This document shows, in pieces, positions 63,252-64,000 of a DNA stretch of 64,000 nucleotides. A program made the position numbers and the translations under genes. This DNA is from Guillardia theta CCMP2712 (Eukaryota; Protista; Cryptophyta): contig NW_005434670.1 in NCBI RefSeq assembly GCF_000315625.1, positions 883,165 to 947,164 on the forward strand, given 5' to 3'. The notes below the pieces were generated by a model. It saw only the letters and a list, made by a program, of their open reading frames with translations. It ran no database searches and was not told the DNA's origin. Positions within the stretch are counted from its first letter, which is position 1. Each line of letters starts with the position of its first letter.

Positions 63252-64000
63252 AGTTCAATGGTGAACTACTGTGACGCTGTTGATCTTGCCAGGATGCTCT
63301 CGAGCAACGCCTCTGCTCTCTCGAGCAACGCCTCTGCTCTCACGGTAAGGAACGAGACATCCAAGATCTCCTCCAGTGAAACCTTGAACTTGCCAGCAAG
63401 CAACAGGCCAGCGGGGCGGAGGTTACAACAGCACCAGAGGATGTGAGGGGCGAGGGTGCTGGTGCCGCTCTGCTCACTTTGCTCTCCCTCAGCAGCGCTG
63501 GCACCGAGACCAAGATCCATCAGGAGGAAACTCATGAAGAAGCTCATCTCTGCGTACAAAGCGCTCTGTGGCACTCGATGTCAGAACAGGACAGGGGCGA
63601 AGGTGTACACCCAGAGTATGTCTGAGGATGCTGGGAGAACCAGCAGCTCTCGTGAGGTAGGACGGGAATGTGATCTTGAATGTGAGTGCAAAGCTCAAGC
63701 CAAAGAGGGGATGACGGTGATCGCTGAACAACTTCAGAGGTGTTGGACCAGTGATGATATTCTCTTGTCTTCTGACGGTCATGTTTAAGGTATATCACAA
63801 GCATCCCTCCATACAACAAGTATATTACAGTTCTGGTTGAAAGTGCGCTGGGTCGAGGATTCTTCCAGCTGCTTCTCTCCTCCGGGTTCCGGGTGAAGGT
63901 TTACACATTGGAGCTCTCATCTCCGACCGTGAAGCCTGGTCTGTCATCCATGGACTTGAAGTTCTAGCCCAACGTTCTTGAGTGCTCAGCTCCACGAGTC

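Noticed and set aside
63258-64000. ORFs at window end as a named gene
   Set aside because: No recognisable domain, and they are truncated by the window edge.
1-64000. rRNA, tRNA genes or a prokaryotic operon/defence system
   Set aside because: None recognised; the only tRNA-related sequence is the 12-nt PBS, and the bacterial-like genes (metC, L20, MMUT) are spliced nuclear genes.

Overview
Eukaryotic nuclear scaffold, gene-dense and intron-rich, with a 100-N gap at 9307-9406. It is most consistent with a cryptophyte alga (Guillardia/Hanusia-like). That assignment is inferred from ~45-60 nt introns, GA/CT microsatellite-laden long introns, an EsV-1-7 repeat gene, IFT81 and a bipartite-targeted MetC. 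About 22 spliced genes are recognisable, including MON1, methylmalonyl-CoA mutase, a sulfotransferase, a UBL-RINGv E3 ligase, a PH-6TM channel-EF-hand protein, MetC, mito L20, C2orf69-like, DGAT2, LST8, a PDZ protein, an FHA protein, IFT81, a DIPP Nudix hydrolase, a PHD/DDT/MBD chromatin factor, an LRR protein, a secreted MABP/LysM protein and an amino-acid permease. The most unusual signals are non-coding. (1) Several GC-rich intergenic islands are dense in short odd-length palindromes centred on a single C/G. An LTR copy lying inside one island has decayed largely by small insertions that create such palindromes, which points to recurrent hairpin-type break/repair at fixed hotspots. (2) A copia-type (half-tRNA-iMet PBS) LTR family is present whose outer ends carry a terminal T/A that the inner LTR ends lack, and two oppositely oriented 5' LTRs share one 5-bp target-site duplication. 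Exon boundaries and some gene ends are read by eye and are approximate.
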